Shown: positions 28,007-43,928, numbered from the stretch's first letter. The stretch: DNA of 45,664 bases from Catalimonadaceae bacterium (GCA_036734065.1 DAIMZG010000001.1:1-45664), one strand, 5' to 3'. Notes: generated by a model not told the origin, from the letters alone. Translations and numbers: made by a program.

Positions 28007-28636
28007 CTATTGCTTATTTAGCATTTCTGTGACGCGAGCAACCGAATTTTCGCTCAGCAGAATGGTATCGGTGTGCAGCAAGTCATACGTATTCAGCTGA
28101 TTTACTGTCGTGATCTTTGTCTTGGGCAAATTGCGACCTGACAAATACACATTTTTGTTACTTTCGGGCAGTATCAACAGGGTCTTGCCTGTGAGCGACA
28201 GTTGCTTTAGGAACTGGTCGTACGCCTTGGTACTGGGCTTATCAAAAGTAAAGTCTTCGATTATTTTGAGATGCTGATCCCGCGCTTTGAGGGCTAGTGC
28301 CGATTTACGAGCCAGTACTTTGGTCTTGGCATTGACTTTAAAGCCGTAATCGCGCGGACGTGGACCGAATATGGTACCTCCACCCACAAACACGGGAGAC
28401 TTGAGGCTACCCGCCCGGGCACCACCGGTACCTTTTTGCTTTTTGATCTTCCTAGTAGAGCCCGCCACCTCGGCGCGTTCCTTAGACTTGTGCGTACCCT
28501 GGCGCTGATTGGCCAGGTACTGTTTTACGTCTAGGTACATCACGTGCTCACGCGGCTCAATACCGAAGATCTCGTCGGCCAATTGTACGGTACGACCCGT
28601 ATCTTGACCTTCTTTATTAATAACAGGAAGTTCCAT
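28007..28636 (-). CDS. rplD: 50S ribosomal protein L4
   Basis: QGTHKSKERAEVAGSTRKIKKQKGTGGARAGSLKSPVFVGGG. Confidence 0.97.
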   Translation of the reverse strand: MELPVINKEGQDTGRTVQLADEIFGIEPREHVMYLDVKQYLANQRQGTHKSKERAEVAGSTRKIKKQKGTGGARAGSLKSPVFVGGGTIFGPRPRDYGFKVNAKTKVLARKSALALKARDQHLKIIEDFTFDKPSTKAYDQFLKQLSLTGKTLLILPESNKNVYLSGRNLPKTKITTVNQLNTYDLLHTDTILLSENSVARVTEMLNKQ

Positions 28637-28640
28637 GACC

Positions 28641-29261
28641 CTATTTCTCGAGAATTACGAATGAGTTTTTGGCACCCGGCACCGAACCACTGACAAGCAA
28701 CAGGTTTTGCTCCGGCATTACCTTGAGTACTTTCAGGTTTTGCACTTTTATACGATCGCCGCCCATTCGGCCAGCCATCCGCAACCCTTTGAATACTCGA
28801 GAGGGGAAAGAACAAGCACCGATAGAACCAGGGTGACGTTGACGGTTGTGTTGTCCCAGCGTAGCCTGACCCACCCCGGAAAAGCCGTGGCGGCGGACAA
28901 CGCCCTGAAAACCTTTGCCCTTGGAAGTGCCGATGGCATCCACAAAATCGCCCTCTGCAAACAGGTCTTGTGCCGCAATTACGTCGCCTAAGCTAAAAGT
29001 CTGCTTAAACTCTTTAAACTCCACCAGTTTGCGCTTGGGGGAAGTGTTGGCCTTGCGAAAATGTCCAAGCAAAGGCTTGGTGGTGGTTTTCTCACGGCGC
29101 TCGCCGAAGGCGAGCTGAACGGCAGCATAGCCGTCGTTATCTACCGTTTTTACCTGCGTCACCACGCAGGGACCAGCCTCTATCACGGTGCATGCGACGT
29201 TGTGTCCATCGGCACTGTAGATGCTCGTCATTCCGATTTTTTTTCCAATGATACCTGACAT
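28641..29261 (-). CDS. rplC: 50S ribosomal protein L3
   Basis: [32 protein letters not shown]. The ATG at 29261 was chosen because the upstream ORF extension crosses the promoter motif. Confidence 0.97.
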   Translation of the reverse strand: MSGIIGKKIGMTSIYSADGHNVACTVIEAGPCVVTQVKTVDNDGYAAVQLAFGERREKTTTKPLLGHFRKANTSPKRKLVEFKEFKQTFSLGDVIAAQDLFAEGDFVDAIGTSKGKGFQGVVRRHGFSGVGQATLGQHNRQRHPGSIGACSFPSRVFKGLRMAGRMGGDRIKVQNLKVLKVMPEQNLLLVSGSVPGAKNSFVILEK

Positions 29262-29315
29262 GAGCGGGTTTATTTGCTTTTGCGCTTTAGCGGACGCTGG
29301 TTGGCAAAAGGACTG

Positions 29316-29346
29316 CAAAGATAGCTAAAGCGAATGGCTCTCACAA
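29316..29346 (-). promoter_or_regulatory. Bacteroidetes-type sigma-A promoter (TTG-N20-TATCTTTG) for the rplC-led operon
   Basis: On the minus strand, TTG is at 29346-29344, followed by a 20-nt spacer and TATCTTTG at 29323-29316, about 55 nt upstream of the rplC ATG. Confidence 0.6.
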
Positions 29347-29377
29347 ACCCTTTTACCCAAATGAGCGTTTGGCTGAC

Positions 29378-29407
29378 AAAAAAAGCACCGGAAGGTTTCC
29401 GGTGCTT
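29378..29407 (-). terminator. rho-independent terminator after rpsJ
   Basis: The stem gcaccgga (29385-29392) paired with tccggtgc (29398-29405) can be extended by two A-T pairs. On the minus strand it is followed by U7 (plus-strand A-run 29378-29384). It starts 22 nt after the rpsJ stop. Confidence 0.7.
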
Positions 29408-29428
29408 CTGTTTGATGTACGAGCCAAC

Positions 29429-29734
29429 TCAGACCTTAATTTCCACATCCACGCCGCTGGGCAATTCCAGCTTCATGAGGGCGTCTACGGTTTTGGCCGT
29501 CGAAGAGTGGATATCCACCAGTCGTTTGTAAGTACACAGCTGAAACTGCTCTCTAGACTTCTTATTGACGTGGGGCGAGCGCAGCACTGTATAAATGGCC
29601 TTTTCGGTAGGCAGCGGAATAGGGCCACTGATAATGGCTCCCGTGGCTTTCACGGCTTGTACGATCTTTTCGGAGGATTTATCCACCAAGTTGTGATCGT
29701 ACGACTTTAGTTTTATGCGAATTTTCTGAGACAT
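29429..29734 (-). CDS. rpsJ: 30S ribosomal protein S10
   Basis: [40 protein letters not shown]. Confidence 0.98.
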   Translation of the reverse strand: MSQKIRIKLKSYDHNLVDKSSEKIVQAVKATGAIISGPIPLPTEKAIYTVLRSPHVNKKSREQFQLCTYKRLVDIHSSTAKTVDALMKLELPSGVDVEIKV

Positions 29735-29740
29735 AGCAGA

Positions 29741-31855
29741 TTAGTTTACGGCGGCACCTTTGAGTTTGCTCACGATGCCATCGGCCAAGTTATTGGGCAC
29801 AAATTCGTAGTGCGAGAAGGTCAGGGTAGCTGTGGCCCGGCCCGAAGAAATCGTGCGCAAGTCGGTTACATAGCCAAATAGCTCGGAAAGAGGCACATCA
29901 GCTTTGATCACCTGCGAACCTGCTTTGGTATCCATCCCTTTCATCAAACCACGGCGACGGTTCAAATCGCCTGTAATAGGGCCGGTGAATTCTTCGGGAG
30001 TTAGCACTTCTACGCTCATGATTGGCTCCATCAATTTGGCACCCGCCTGACGGGCAGCTTCTTTGAAGCCTATGCGAGCGGCCATTTCGAACGACAGCGA
30101 ATCGGAGTCCACGTCGTGGAATGAGCCGTGGAAGAGCCGCACTTTCATAGAAGAAATAGGGAAACCTGCCAATACGCCCGTCTTCATGGCTTCAGCGAAG
30201 CCTTTCTGTACGGCCGGAATGAATTCGCGGGGGATCGCACCACCCACGATGGCATTTTCAAATTCCAGACCTTCTTTGCCGTCACCCTCACTTTCGTCGC
30301 GGGGGCTAAGCTCGAACACAATGTCCGCAAACTTACCGCGGCCACCTGTCTGTTTCTTGTACACCTCACGATGCTCTACCGACTTGGTGATGGCTTCCTT
30401 GTAAGCTACTTGCGGGGCGCCCTGGTTGATCTCAACCTTGAACTCGCGACGCATCCGGTCCATGATGATTTCCAAGTGCAATTCGCCCATCCCACGGAGG
30501 ATCGTCTGACCCGTTTCGTGATCAGTATTTACTTGCAGAGTGGGATCTTCTTCTACCAACTTAGCAATGGCATTACCCATTTTATCCAGATCGGCCTGCT
30601 TCTTCGGCTCGATTGCGTAGCCAATCACTGGCTCGGGGAACACCATAGATTCGAGTACAATCTTCGCGTTTTGCGCGCAGAGCGTATCCCCCGTCTTGAT
30701 GTCTTTGAAACCCACCACGGCGGCGATGTCACCCGCTGCCAGACGCTCAATCTGGTTCTGTTTGTTGGCGTGCATCTGATACACCCGCGAAATGCGCTCC
30801 TTAGAGTCCGAGCGGGTGTTGTACACATAGGAGCCCGACTCGAGCACGCCCGAATAGGCCCGTACAAAGCAAAGACGACCTACGTAAGGATCGGTAGCAA
30901 TCTTGAAGGCCAAGCCAGCGAAGGGTTCCGACTCTGAAGGCTTACGGCTCACTTCCGCACCCGTGTCCGGGTCAATGCCTTTGATGCTTTCCTTGTCGAG
31001 CGGCGATGGGCACAGGGCCATCACGTAGTCGAGCATGGTCTGCACACCTTTGTTTTTAAAGGACGAACCACACAGCATCGGCACAATGGCCATGTCAATG
31101 GTGGCGCGGCGCAGGGCATTCAGAATTTCATCTTCGGAGATCGAGGTGGAGTCTTCGAAGTACTTTTCCATGAGTGACTCGTCGTATTCGGCAACGGCCT
31201 CCAACAGTTTCTCGCGGTATTCTTTGGCCTCTTCGAGCATATCGTCGGGAATGGGTACTTCCGTAAACGTCATGCCCAGATCTTCCTCATTCCACTCAAT
31301 AGCCCGGAAGTTGACCAAGTCTACTACACCTCGAAAATTGTCTTCAGCGCCGATGGGCAATTGCAACGCGACGGCGTTGCTGCCTAACATCTCTTTGACC
31401 TGCTTGCAGACCCCCAGGAAGTCTGCTCCCGATCGGTCCATCTTGTTGACAAAGCCGATACGAGCTACGTTATAATTATTTGCTAGGCGCCAGTTAGTTT
31501 CCGACTGCGGCTCCACGCCGTCCACGGCACTAAAGAGAAACACTAGGCCATCAAGTACGCGCAACGAACGGTTTACCTCCACGGTAAAGTCCACGTGACC
31601 GGGCGTATCTATGATATTAAGATGGTGCTCTTGCCCACGGTACATCCAGGTGACGGTAGTAGCAGCCGAGGTGATGGTAATGCCCCGCTCTTGTTCCTGC
31701 TCCATCCAGTCCATGGTGGCCGCGCCATCGTGTACCTCTCCAATCTTGTGGCTTACGCCCGCATAGAAGAGGATGCGCTCGGTGGTGGTTGTTTTACCGG
31801 CATCAATGTGAGCGGCAATTCCGATGTTACGGGTGTACTTTAAGTCACGTGCCAT
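29741..31855 (-). CDS. fusA: elongation factor G
   Basis: [34 protein letters not shown], and domains III-V. Confidence 0.98.
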   Translation of the reverse strand: MARDLKYTRNIGIAAHIDAGKTTTTERILFYAGVSHKIGEVHDGAATMDWMEQEQERGITITSAATTVTWMYRGQEHHLNIIDTPGHVDFTVEVNRSLRVLDGLVFLFSAVDGVEPQSETNWRLANNYNVARIGFVNKMDRSGADFLGVCKQVKEMLGSNAVALQLPIGAEDNFRGVVDLVNFRAIEWNEEDLGMTFTEVPIPDDMLEEAKEYREKLLEAVAEYDESLMEKYFEDSTSISEDEILNALRRATIDMAIVPMLCGSSFKNKGVQTMLDYVMALCPSPLDKESIKGIDPDTGAEVSRKPSESEPFAGLAFKIATDPYVGRLCFVRAYSGVLESGSYVYNTRSDSKERISRVYQMHANKQNQIERLAAGDIAAVVGFKDIKTGDTLCAQNAKIVLESMVFPEPVIGYAIEPKKQADLDKMGNAIAKLVEEDPTLQVNTDHETGQTILRGMGELHLEIIMDRMRREFKVEINQGAPQVAYKEAITKSVEHREVYKKQTGGRGKFADIVFELSPRDESEGDGKEGLEFENAIVGGAIPREFIPAVQKGFAEAMKTGVLAGFPISSMKVRLFHGSFHDVDSDSLSFEMAARIGFKEAARQAGAKLMEPIMSVEVLTPEEFTGPITGDLNRRRGLMKGMDTKAGSQVIKADVPLSELFGYVTDLRTISSGRATATLTFSHYEFVPNNLADGIVSKLKGAAVN

Positions 31856-31858
31856 GGA

Positions 31859-32326
31859 TCAGAATCTAAAGTGTGAAAATGCTTTGTTGGCTTCGGCCAT
31901 ACGGTGCGTATCGTCTTTCTTTTTGACGGCCGCGCCTTCGCCCTTGGCGGCTGCGACAATTTCGCCAGCCAGTTTTTCTGTCATGGTTTTCTCGCCACGA
32001 CGACGGGCGTAGGCGATCAACCACTTAATACCGAGTGCTTGTTTGCGCTCGGGGCGTACTTCGCTAGGTACCTGGAACGTAGCTCCTCCCACACGACGGC
32101 TGCGCACCTCTACGTTGGGCATTACATTACTGAGCGCTTTCCGCCAAGTTTCCAGACCGTTTTCCTTGGTACGATTTTCGGCCAAGTCAAGCGAATCGTA
32201 AAATATTCTGTAGGCAATACTTTTCTTACCGTCCACCATTAAACTGTTGACAAACTTGGTCACCAGCGTGTCGCTGAATTTCGGGTCGGGCAATACGTAC
32301 CGTTTCTTAGGCTTCGCCTTTCTCAT
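31859..32326 (-). CDS. rpsG: 30S ribosomal protein S7
   Basis: [34 protein letters not shown]. Confidence 0.98.
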   Translation of the reverse strand: MRKAKPKKRYVLPDPKFSDTLVTKFVNSLMVDGKKSIAYRIFYDSLDLAENRTKENGLETWRKALSNVMPNVEVRSRRVGGATFQVPSEVRPERKQALGIKWLIAYARRRGEKTMTEKLAGEIVAAAKGEGAAVKKKDDTHRMAEANKAFSHFRF

Positions 32327-32339
32327 GGATCAATTATTT

Positions 32340-32759
32340 TTATTTCTTCTTACCACCTTTTGCGGGCGCGGCGGGAGCAGCACCGGGCTTGGGCCGTTTG
32401 GCTCCGTATTTGGAGCGAGATTGCAGACGTCCGCTTACGCCAGCCGTGTCGAGCGCACCGCGCACAATGTGGTAGCGCACACCCGGCAGGTCCTTCACTC
32501 GGCCACCACGAATGAGTACAATAGAGTGCTCTTGCAAGTTGTGGCCTTCACCAGGGATGTAGGCGTTAACTTCTTTAGCACTTTTGGCCAACCGCACCCG
32601 CGCTACTTTACGCATAGCTGAGTTGGGCTTTTTGGGCGTAGTGGTGTAAACGCGGGTACACACACCGCGCTTCTGCGGACAAGCGTCCAGTGCAGGCGAC
32701 TTAGACTTGCTAACGAGCGTCTTGCGGCCCTTTCTTACTAACTGCTGTATCGTGGGCAT
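32340..32759 (-). CDS. rpsL: 30S ribosomal protein S12 (with basic Ala/Pro C-terminal tail)
   Basis: [45 protein letters not shown]. Confidence 0.98.
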   Translation of the reverse strand: MPTIQQLVRKGRKTLVSKSKSPALDACPQKRGVCTRVYTTTPKKPNSAMRKVARVRLAKSAKEVNAYIPGEGHNLQEHSIVLIRGGRVKDLPGVRYHIVRGALDTAGVSGRLQSRSKYGAKRPKPGAAPAAPAKGGKKK

Positions 32760-32796
32760 TTAAGCGATTTTCCGATTTAGACAAAATTTGGAGGTG

Positions 32797-32827
32797 CAAA
32801 ATTAGATAAACAGAAGCTATTTACCAA
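32797..32827 (-). promoter_or_regulatory. Bacteroidetes-type sigma-A promoter (TTG-N20-TAATTTTG) for rpsL-rpsG-fusA-rpsJ
   Basis: On the minus strand, TTG is at 32827-32825, followed by a 20-nt spacer and TAATTTTG at 32804-32797, about 38 nt upstream of the rpsL ATG. Confidence 0.6.
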
Positions 32828-32846
32828 TATTTTTCAACTCTTTGTA

Positions 32847-33170
32847 TCAGGCCTGTCCCATTGTCCCCCCGAAGTTCATCGGGAAGTTGGGCATATTGCC
32901 ATCTGTTTGCTTGATTTTACCAAAGGCCGCCTCGTAGCGTTCGATATTTTCGCGCAGCGCTGCCAGAAAACGCAAGGCGTGCTCGGGCGTCACAACCACG
33001 CGCGACTTTACTTTTGCTTTGGGCACACCCGGCATCAGCCGAATAAAATCAATGACAAACTCACTGTTGGAGTGTGCAATCATGGCCAAGTTGGCGTAGA
33101 TGCCTTCGGCAATATCTTCTGACAACTCGATATTGAGCTGGTTATGGGTGCCTTCCTTTTTTTCTGCCAT
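32847..33170 (-). CDS. DUF3467-like small protein of unknown function
   Basis: LNIELSEDIAEGIYANLAMIAHSNSEFVIDFIRLMPGVPKAKVKSRVVVTPEHA matches my recollection of the DUF3467 family, which commonly follows rpoC in Bacteroidota. Confidence 0.75.
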   Translation of the reverse strand: MAEKKEGTHNQLNIELSEDIAEGIYANLAMIAHSNSEFVIDFIRLMPGVPKAKVKSRVVVTPEHALRFLAALRENIERYEAAFGKIKQTDGNMPNFPMNFGGTMGQA

Positions 33171-33188
33171 GGGTTAGTAGGTTAAAAT

Positions 33189-33214
33189 GGGGCTGACCTT
33201 GGAAGATCAGCCCC
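33189..33214 (-). terminator. hairpin (attenuator or terminator) between rpoC and the DUF3467-like gene
   Basis: An 8-bp stem, ggggctga (33189-33196) paired with tcagcccc (33207-33214), is followed on the minus strand by AUUUUAAC, which is only a partial U-run. Confidence 0.45.
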
Positions 33215-33225
33215 TCAATGAGCAT

Positions 33226-37545
<4,320 letters not shown>

Positions 37546-37620
37546 AGTGAAGAGAAGGTTAAAAGCTTGAAAGTAGCCGCCGAAAGCCTTGTAGTGCTTT
37601 CGGCGGTACAAACGTACTGG

Positions 37621-40600
37621 TTATTCGAGGGTGATCTCCAGGGCCAGTCCCCGCAATTCGTGCACTAGCACGTTGAACGACTCGGGAATGTTGGGCTTGG
37701 GCATATTTTCGCCTTTGACGATGGCTTCGTAGGCCTTGGCCCGACCCACCACGTCGTCCGATTTGACCGTTAGTATCTCCTGCAAGATGTGCGAGGCTCC
37801 GAAAGCTTCGAGGGCCCACACTTCCATCTCACCGAAACGCTGTCCGCCAAACTGCGCCTTACCACCCAGCGGCTGCTGCGTAATGAGCGAGTACGGGCCG
37901 ATGGAGCGGGCGTGCATCTTGTCGTCAATAAGGTGACCGAGTTTGAGCATGTAGATCACGCCGACCGTCACTTTCTGGTCAAAGCGCTCACCCGTCAGGC
38001 CATTGTAGAGGGCCGTCCGACCCAGATCGGGCAGGTTGGCTTCTTTCAACTCGCTGACCACCTCATCTTCCGTAGCACCGTCAAAAATGGGCGTGGCGTA
38101 TTTACGTCCCAACTTGAGCCCCGCCCAACCCAGTACCGTTTCGTAGATCTGGCCCAGGTTCATCCGCGAGGGTACCCCCAATGGGTTGAGCACAATGTCC
38201 ACCGGCGTACCATCTTCGAGGAAGGGCATGTCTTCTTCGCGCACAATACGCGCCACCACGCCTTTGTTGCCGTGGCGACCCGCCATCTTGTCGCCTACCT
38301 TGAGTTTACGCTTCTTGGCGATGTACACCTTGGCCATGCTGACAATGCCCGTGGGCAATTCGTCGCCTACTTCAAGCGTGAACCGATCGCGTTTGAATCG
38401 TCCGGTAACTTCATTGCGCTTGCGCATATAGTTTTTCACCAAGTCCAGCAACAGGCCGTTTATCCGCTGATCAACTGTCCAGTTTTCCAAATTGAGGTCG
38501 GAAATCAGGTTGACTTCTTCCTGAACGTTGTACGTGCTTTCGTCACGGTACACGTTCTTTTTGGGAAAAACGTTGGTCTCCAGATTTTTCCGATTGAACT
38601 TCACGCCTTTCGAAATAACCTCCTCCCCAAACTTGTGCTTGACGCCTTGGCTGACCCGTCCTTCCAACAAACCGACCATCTTGTCAATCATCTGGTCGCG
38701 CACCACCGACAAGTCGTGCGAGTAGCGGCTCTTGAGCACCTCCACTTCTTTTTTCGACTTGGCTCGCAGGTCTTTGTCCTTTTTGGGTCGCGCGAAAAGA
38801 TCCGTATGAATCACCACTCCGCGCAGCGAAGGCGGCGCCTTCATCGAAGCATCTTTTACGTCGCCCGCCTTGTCGCCAAAAATGGCCCGGAGCAATTTCT
38901 CTTCCGGCGTAGGATCGGTTTCGCCTTTAGGCGTAATTTTTCCAATCAGGATATCGCCTTCGCGCACCTCAGAGCCTACCCGGATAATGCCTCGCTCGTC
39001 GAGGTTCTTGACAGCTTCTTCGCTTACGTTCGGGATCTCGGAGGTCAACTCCTCTTCCCCCCGCTTGGTATCGCGCACCTCCAGTTCGAACTCTTCGATG
39101 TGCACGGAAGTGAAGATATCTTCACGCACAACTTTCTCCGAGATCACGATGGCATCTTCGTAGTTGTATCCTTGCCAGGGCATGAACGCCACGAGTAAGT
39201 TGCGCCCCAGGGCCAGTTCGCCCCTATCGGTGGCATAACCTTCGCACAGAATGTCGCCCTTCTTTACCTTTTGGCCTTTGAGAACCATTGGGCGCAGGTT
39301 GATACACGTATCCTGATTGGTACGACGGAACTTGATCAGGTTGTACGTGCGCGTTTCGCTGTCGAAGTCCACCATTTTCTGGTCGTCCGTCAGGTCATAC
39401 TTCATGACAATCTTGCGGGCATCCACAAAGTCCACCGTGCCATCTTCTTCGGCTGTGATGAGGGTGCGCGAATCGAGAGCCACGCGGCGCTCTAGGCCCG
39501 TACCCACGATGGGGGCTTGCGGACGCAACAGCGGCACGGCCTGACGTTGCATGTTCGAACCCATCAGGGCTCGGTTGGCATCGTCGTGCTCCAGGAACGG
39601 AATCAGCGACGCAGCCACCGAAACGATCTGGTTCGGGGCAATGTCCATATAAGTCACATCTGCGGGCGCCACTAGCGGAAAGTCGCCTTCGTACCGGGCC
39701 TTCACGATGTCATTAACGTAGTGCCCCTCATCGTCAATGGGGGCATTGGCCTGGGCAATGTTGTGCCGATCTTCTTCTTCGGCCGTCAGGAAAACCAAGT
39801 CGTTCGATACCTGACCTTCTTTCACTTTCCGATAGGGCGTCTCGATGAAGCCCATGTTGTTGACTTTGGCATGAACGCACAGCGAAGAAATAAGCCCAAT
39901 GTTGGGGCCTTCGGGCGTTTCGATGGTGCAAAGGCGACCGTAGTGCGTATAGTGCACGTCACGCACTTCGAAGCCCGCCCGCTCACGCGACAGACCGCCT
40001 GGCCCCAGCGCGGACAAGCGGCGCTTGTGGGTGATTTCGGCCAGCGGATTGGTCTGATCCATGAACTGCGACAGCTGGTTGGTGCCAAAAAAGGAATTGA
40101 TCACCGACGAAAGCGTCCGGGCATTGATCAGGTCAACGGGTTTGAAATCTTCGTTGTCCCGAACGTTCATTCGCTCTTTAATGGTACGGGCCATCCGCGC
40201 CAAGCCCACCCCAAATTGGCTGTAAAGTTGCTCGCCCACCGTCCGCACGCGGCGGTTGCTAAGGTGGTCAATGTCGTCCACGACGGCCTTCGAGTTGATG
40301 AGTCCAATCAGGTACTTGACAATCTCGATGATGTCTTGCGTGGTGAGCACGCGCACGTCCTGGTCAATCTCCAGCCCAAGTTTTTTATTGATCCGATAGC
40401 GGCCTACTTCGCCAAGGTCGTAGCGTTTGTCGGAGAAAAACAGGTTCTGGATAATATCGCGGGCCGTTTGCTCATCGGGCGCATCCGTGTTGCGAAGCTG
40501 GCGGTAGATCTGCTCTACTGCTTCCTTTTCCGAATTCGAATTGTCTTTCTGGAGGGTATTGTAAATGATCGTGTAGTCGGCGATGTTGATGTCGTCGCGG

Positions 40601-41496
40601 TGCAGAATTACCGACGTCACCCCCGAAGAGAGGATCACCTCCAAGTCATCCGCCGAAAGCAACGAGTCACGTTCGAGCAACACTTCGTTGCGATCAATCG
40701 AAACAACTTCGCCTGTATCTTCATCCACGAAGTCTTCCGTCCACGTACGTAGCACCCGAGCGGCCAAGCGGCGACCCACCGTGTTGGCCAGCGCCGCTTC
40801 GGTGGCGGGCACTTCTTCCGACAGGTTGAACAAGTCCAGAATGTCTTTGTCGGTACCGTAGCCGATGGCCCGCAAAAGCGTAGTCACCGGAAACTTCTTT
40901 TTCCGGTCAATGTAGGCGTACATGACATTGTTGACGTCAGTAGCAAACTCAATCCATGATCCTTTAAAGGGAATAATGCGGGCTGAGTAAAGCTTGGTAC
41001 CGTTGGTGTGTTTGCTTTGCGCAAAGAACACGCCCGGCGAGCGGTGCAACTGCGACACAATCACACGCTCGGCGCCGTTGATCACGAAAGAACCGCGTTG
41101 GGTCATGTAGGGAATGTTTCCCAAGAACACTTCCTGTTCGATCGTCTCAAAGTCTTCGTTGTCGGCATCGTTACAAATCAGGCGTAATTTGGCCTTGAGG
41201 GGCACAGAATAGGTCAGTCCCCGATCAATGCACTCATCGACGGAATATTTGGGAGGATCTACGGTATAATCTACAAACTGTAGCACGAAATTTTCGCGCG
41301 AATCGGATATGGGGAAATTCTCTGCAAAAACTTTGTAGAGTCCTTCCATATTTTTCTTTTCAGCCGACGTTTCGAGTTGAAAAAAGTCCTGAAAAGACTG
41401 TAATTGTACGTCCAGGAAGTCCGGATAATCAACGACTGTGCGGATAGAGGCAAAATTCTTACGACCAGTGATCGTGTCTATAAATGCCATTGACAT
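37621..41496 (-). CDS. rpoB: DNA-directed RNA polymerase subunit beta
   Basis: Rif cluster region [34 protein letters not shown], and [18 protein letters not shown] and GEMEVWALE motifs. Confidence 0.98.
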   Translation of the reverse strand: MSMAFIDTITGRKNFASIRTVVDYPDFLDVQLQSFQDFFQLETSAEKKNMEGLYKVFAENFPISDSRENFVLQFVDYTVDPPKYSVDECIDRGLTYSVPLKAKLRLICNDADNEDFETIEQEVFLGNIPYMTQRGSFVINGAERVIVSQLHRSPGVFFAQSKHTNGTKLYSARIIPFKGSWIEFATDVNNVMYAYIDRKKKFPVTTLLRAIGYGTDKDILDLFNLSEEVPATEAALANTVGRRLAARVLRTWTEDFVDEDTGEVVSIDRNEVLLERDSLLSADDLEVILSSGVTSVILHRDDINIADYTIIYNTLQKDNSNSEKEAVEQIYRQLRNTDAPDEQTARDIIQNLFFSDKRYDLGEVGRYRINKKLGLEIDQDVRVLTTQDIIEIVKYLIGLINSKAVVDDIDHLSNRRVRTVGEQLYSQFGVGLARMARTIKERMNVRDNEDFKPVDLINARTLSSVINSFFGTNQLSQFMDQTNPLAEITHKRRLSALGPGGLSRERAGFEVRDVHYTHYGRLCTIETPEGPNIGLISSLCVHAKVNNMGFIETPYRKVKEGQVSNDLVFLTAEEEDRHNIAQANAPIDDEGHYVNDIVKARYEGDFPLVAPADVTYMDIAPNQIVSVAASLIPFLEHDDANRALMGSNMQRQAVPLLRPQAPIVGTGLERRVALDSRTLITAEEDGTVDFVDARKIVMKYDLTDDQKMVDFDSETRTYNLIKFRRTNQDTCINLRPMVLKGQKVKKGDILCEGYATDRGELALGRNLLVAFMPWQGYNYEDAIVISEKVVREDIFTSVHIEEFELEVRDTKRGEEELTSEIPNVSEEAVKNLDERGIIRVGSEVREGDILIGKITPKGETDPTPEEKLLRAIFGDKAGDVKDASMKAPPSLRGVVIHTDLFARPKKDKDLRAKSKKEVEVLKSRYSHDLSVVRDQMIDKMVGLLEGRVSQGVKHKFGEEVISKGVKFNRKNLETNVFPKKNVYRDESTYNVQEEVNLISDLNLENWTVDQRINGLLLDLVKNYMRKRNEVTGRFKRDRFTLEVGDELPTGIVSMAKVYIAKKRKLKVGDKMAGRHGNKGVVARIVREEDMPFLEDGTPVDIVLNPLGVPSRMNLGQIYETVLGWAGLKLGRKYATPIFDGATEDEVVSELKEANLPDLGRTALYNGLTGERFDQKVTVGVIYMLKLGHLIDDKMHARSIGPYSLITQQPLGGKAQFGGQRFGEMEVWALEAFGASHILQEILTVKSDDVVGRAKAYEAIVKGENMPKPNIPESFNVLVHELRGLALEITLE

Positions 41497-41696
41497 TAGA
41501 GTTTAAAATGTTAGAAATCGAGGCTTACGACTACCTCAAACTAACGCGTGGCTCGGGGCCACCTACCAACGATTGCCCTGTTTCGTAAGGAGATGCGGGC
41601 AACCGCAATGAGCAGATCGGACTACAAGTAACACCTGCCATCCCAAACTGTTTAACCCTTCTGAGCGGGTCACAAGACAGGACGCATACAAACGGG

Positions 41697-41722
41697 AAAA
41701 GACCTGACTGAAAAGCCAGGCC
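41697..41722 (-). terminator. attenuator-like hairpin downstream of rplL
   Basis: The minus strand reads GGCCUGGCU-UUUC-AGUCAGGUC, a 9-bp stem including two G-U pairs, followed by UUUUCC. It starts about 44 nt after the rplL stop. Confidence 0.5.
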
Positions 41723-41765
41723 TGTTCGTGAACGAAGCCGATATTTTGCGTGCGCAGCACTGATA

Positions 41766-42149
41766 TTACTTCAGTTCTACTTCCGCACCGGCTTCTTCGA
41801 GTTGCTTCTTAAGCGCTTCGGCTTCGTCTTTCGACACACCTTCTTTAACGGCTTTGGGAGCGGTATCTACCACTTCCTTAGCTTCTTTCAGGCCAAGTCC
41901 GGTAAGTTCTTTTACCAACTTAACAACGGCCAGTTTGCTGGCACCAGCGGCCTTGAGTACCACGTCGAAGGAGGTTTGTTCGACGGCGGCTTCCGCATCG
42001 CCCGCACTTGCACCACCGCCGGCCATCATCATCGGAGCCGCTGCTGCGGGCTCGATGCCGTATTCATCTTTCAGGATGGTGGCTAGTTCATTGACCTCTT
42101 TAACGGTGAGGTTCACCAGCTGTTCAGCGATTGCTTTCAGATCTGCCAT
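41766..42149 (-). CDS. rplL: 50S ribosomal protein L7/L12
   Basis: [25 protein letters not shown] hinge plus [24 protein letters not shown]. Confidence 0.98.
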   Translation of the reverse strand: MADLKAIAEQLVNLTVKEVNELATILKDEYGIEPAAAAPMMMAGGGASAGDAEAAVEQTSFDVVLKAAGASKLAVVKLVKELTGLGLKEAKEVVDTAPKAVKEGVSKDEAEALKKQLEEAGAEVELK

Positions 42150-42185
42150 TTTTGTGTCTGCTTTTAAATAAAAATAATCGAAAGG

Positions 42186-42758
42186 TTAGGATTGAGTTTC
42201 GCGCTCAGAAAGCGTTTTGACCAGTCCGGCAATTTTATCTCCTCCGCTGCGCAGGGCCGACACCACATTCTTGGCGGGCGATTGGAGCAACGCGATCACG
42301 TCGGCAATAAGTTCGGGCTTGGTCTTGACTTGTTCAAGAAAGTCCAACTGCTCGGCACCAATGAACAGGGACTGATCTACCGAGGCCGCCTTGAGTACGG
42401 GTTTGAAACCCGCCTTCCGGTCTTGCTTTTCGGCTTTATAGTATTCCTTTAGCAACTTGGCCGGCGCGCTTCCCGAATCGGTAGCGAACAAAATGCCCGA
42501 AAAACCTTTCAGGGCCGTTTCGTCCAACTCATTGTAGTCCGTGTCAATGCCAGCATCTTGCGTATACTTGGCCAGCGCCTTGCCAATGAGCGTATTCTTC
42601 ACTACGCGATACTCTAGGCCGCGCGTGTAGCACAAGCGGCGGAAGCGGTTTATCTTGGCTACCGACAGGCCCGACGCATCGGTAATGTAGAAGTAATTAT
42701 GCGCAGCAAACTTCTGTGAAAGTTCTTCTACGATCTGAATTTTCTCTTCTCTCGTCAT
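42186..42758 (-). CDS. rplJ: 50S ribosomal protein L10
   Basis: MTREEKIQIVEEL..YFYITDASGLSVAKINRFRRLC..EYRVVKNTL. Confidence 0.96.
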   Translation of the reverse strand: MTREEKIQIVEELSQKFAAHNYFYITDASGLSVAKINRFRRLCYTRGLEYRVVKNTLIGKALAKYTQDAGIDTDYNELDETALKGFSGILFATDSGSAPAKLLKEYYKAEKQDRKAGFKPVLKAASVDQSLFIGAEQLDFLEQVKTKPELIADVIALLQSPAKNVVSALRSGGDKIAGLVKTLSERETQS

Positions 42759-42760
42759 GG

Positions 42761-43471
42761 CTATTCCTGTACTTTGGTACCCCGCAGGGAGTTTTTGTCA
42801 ACGATAATACCCGGGCTCATCGTGCTCGACAGGTGAATGGACTTGAAGTAGGCACCCTTGGCAGAAGATGGCTTGAGGCGAGAAATCACATTGATTACCT
42901 CTTGCACGTTCTCTTGCAATTTTTCGGGCGAGAAGGACACTTTGCCGATACTGGCGTGGATGATACCTGTTTTATCTACTTTGAAGTCAATCTTACCCGC
43001 TTTAACCTCTTTGACCGCTTTGGCCACATCGAGGGTAACAGTACCCGATTTGGGGTTGGGCATCAGACCACGAGGACCCAGCACCCGACCCAAGCGGCCT
43101 ACTTTGGCCATCACGGTGGGCATCGTAATGATGACATCCACGTCTGTCCAGCCACCTTCAATTTTGGCGATAAAATCTTCTAGTCCAACAAAATCGGCAC
43201 CCGCAGCACGGGCTTCTTCTTCTTTGTCGGGTGTTACTAGCGCCAATACGCGCACTTCCTTACCCGTGCCGTGGGGCAGCGTCACTACGCCCCGCACCAT
43301 CTGATCGGCCTTACGAGGATCTACGCCAAGGCGTACATCCACATCTACGGAGGCGTCAAATTTGGTGAACGTGATGTCCTTCACCATGCGCGTGGCTTCA
43401 TCCAACTGGTATTCTTGGTTAAGGTCGTACTTCTCGAGAACGGCCTTACGGTTTTTGGTCAGCTTGCTCAT
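42761..43471 (-). CDS. rplA: 50S ribosomal protein L1
   Basis: [47 protein letters not shown]. Confidence 0.98.
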   Translation of the reverse strand: MSKLTKNRKAVLEKYDLNQEYQLDEATRMVKDITFTKFDASVDVDVRLGVDPRKADQMVRGVVTLPHGTGKEVRVLALVTPDKEEEARAAGADFVGLEDFIAKIEGGWTDVDVIITMPTVMAKVGRLGRVLGPRGLMPNPKSGTVTLDVAKAVKEVKAGKIDFKVDKTGIIHASIGKVSFSPEKLQENVQEVINVISRLKPSSAKGAYFKSIHLSSTMSPGIIVDKNSLRGTKVQE

Positions 43472-43484
43472 AATTATGTTTTGT

Positions 43485-43928
43485 TCAGGCTTCCCAGGGA
43501 GCCGTTCCCGTCACAGTAATGCCCATACTGCGTGCCGTACCTGCCACCATTTTCATGGCTGGTTCTACACTAAAGGCGTTAAGATCTTCCATTTTGGTCT
43601 GGGCGATTTCTCGCACCTGATCCCAGGTGACCGAACCCACTTTTTTGCGGTTGGGCTCGGCCGAACCCGATTTTAGTTTAGCCGCTTGCATCAGCAGCAC
43701 AGGTGCGGGGGGCGTCTTAATTACAAAGTCAAAGGACTTGTCAGTATAGACAGTAAGCACCACGGGCAACACCATGCCCTGCTTGTCTTGCGTACGCGCA
43801 TTGAATTGCTTGCAAAACTCCATTATATTGACTCCTTTGGAGCCAAGTGCCGGACCAATGGGGGGCGAAGGGTTGGCCTGCCCACCTTTGACCTGTAGTT
43901 TTACGTATCCGCTTATTTGCTTTGCCAT
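43485..43928 (-). CDS. rplK: 50S ribosomal protein L11
   Basis: [36 protein letters not shown]. Confidence 0.98.
   Translation of the reverse strand: MAKQISGYVKLQVKGGQANPSPPIGPALGSKGVNIMEFCKQFNARTQDKQGMVLPVVLTVYTDKSFDFVIKTPPAPVLLMQAAKLKSGSAEPNRKKVGSVTWDQVREIAQTKMEDLNAFSVEPAMKMVAGTARSMGITVTGTAPWEA

Noticed and set aside
41563-41760. A 65-aa GTG-initiated ORF filling the rplL-rpoB spacer.
   Set aside because: It would start 5 nt after the rplL stop and run through the attenuator hairpin. Its composition (Cys/Trp/Arg-rich) is unlike a real small protein. I treat the region as a structured leader, although only conservation analysis could exclude translation.
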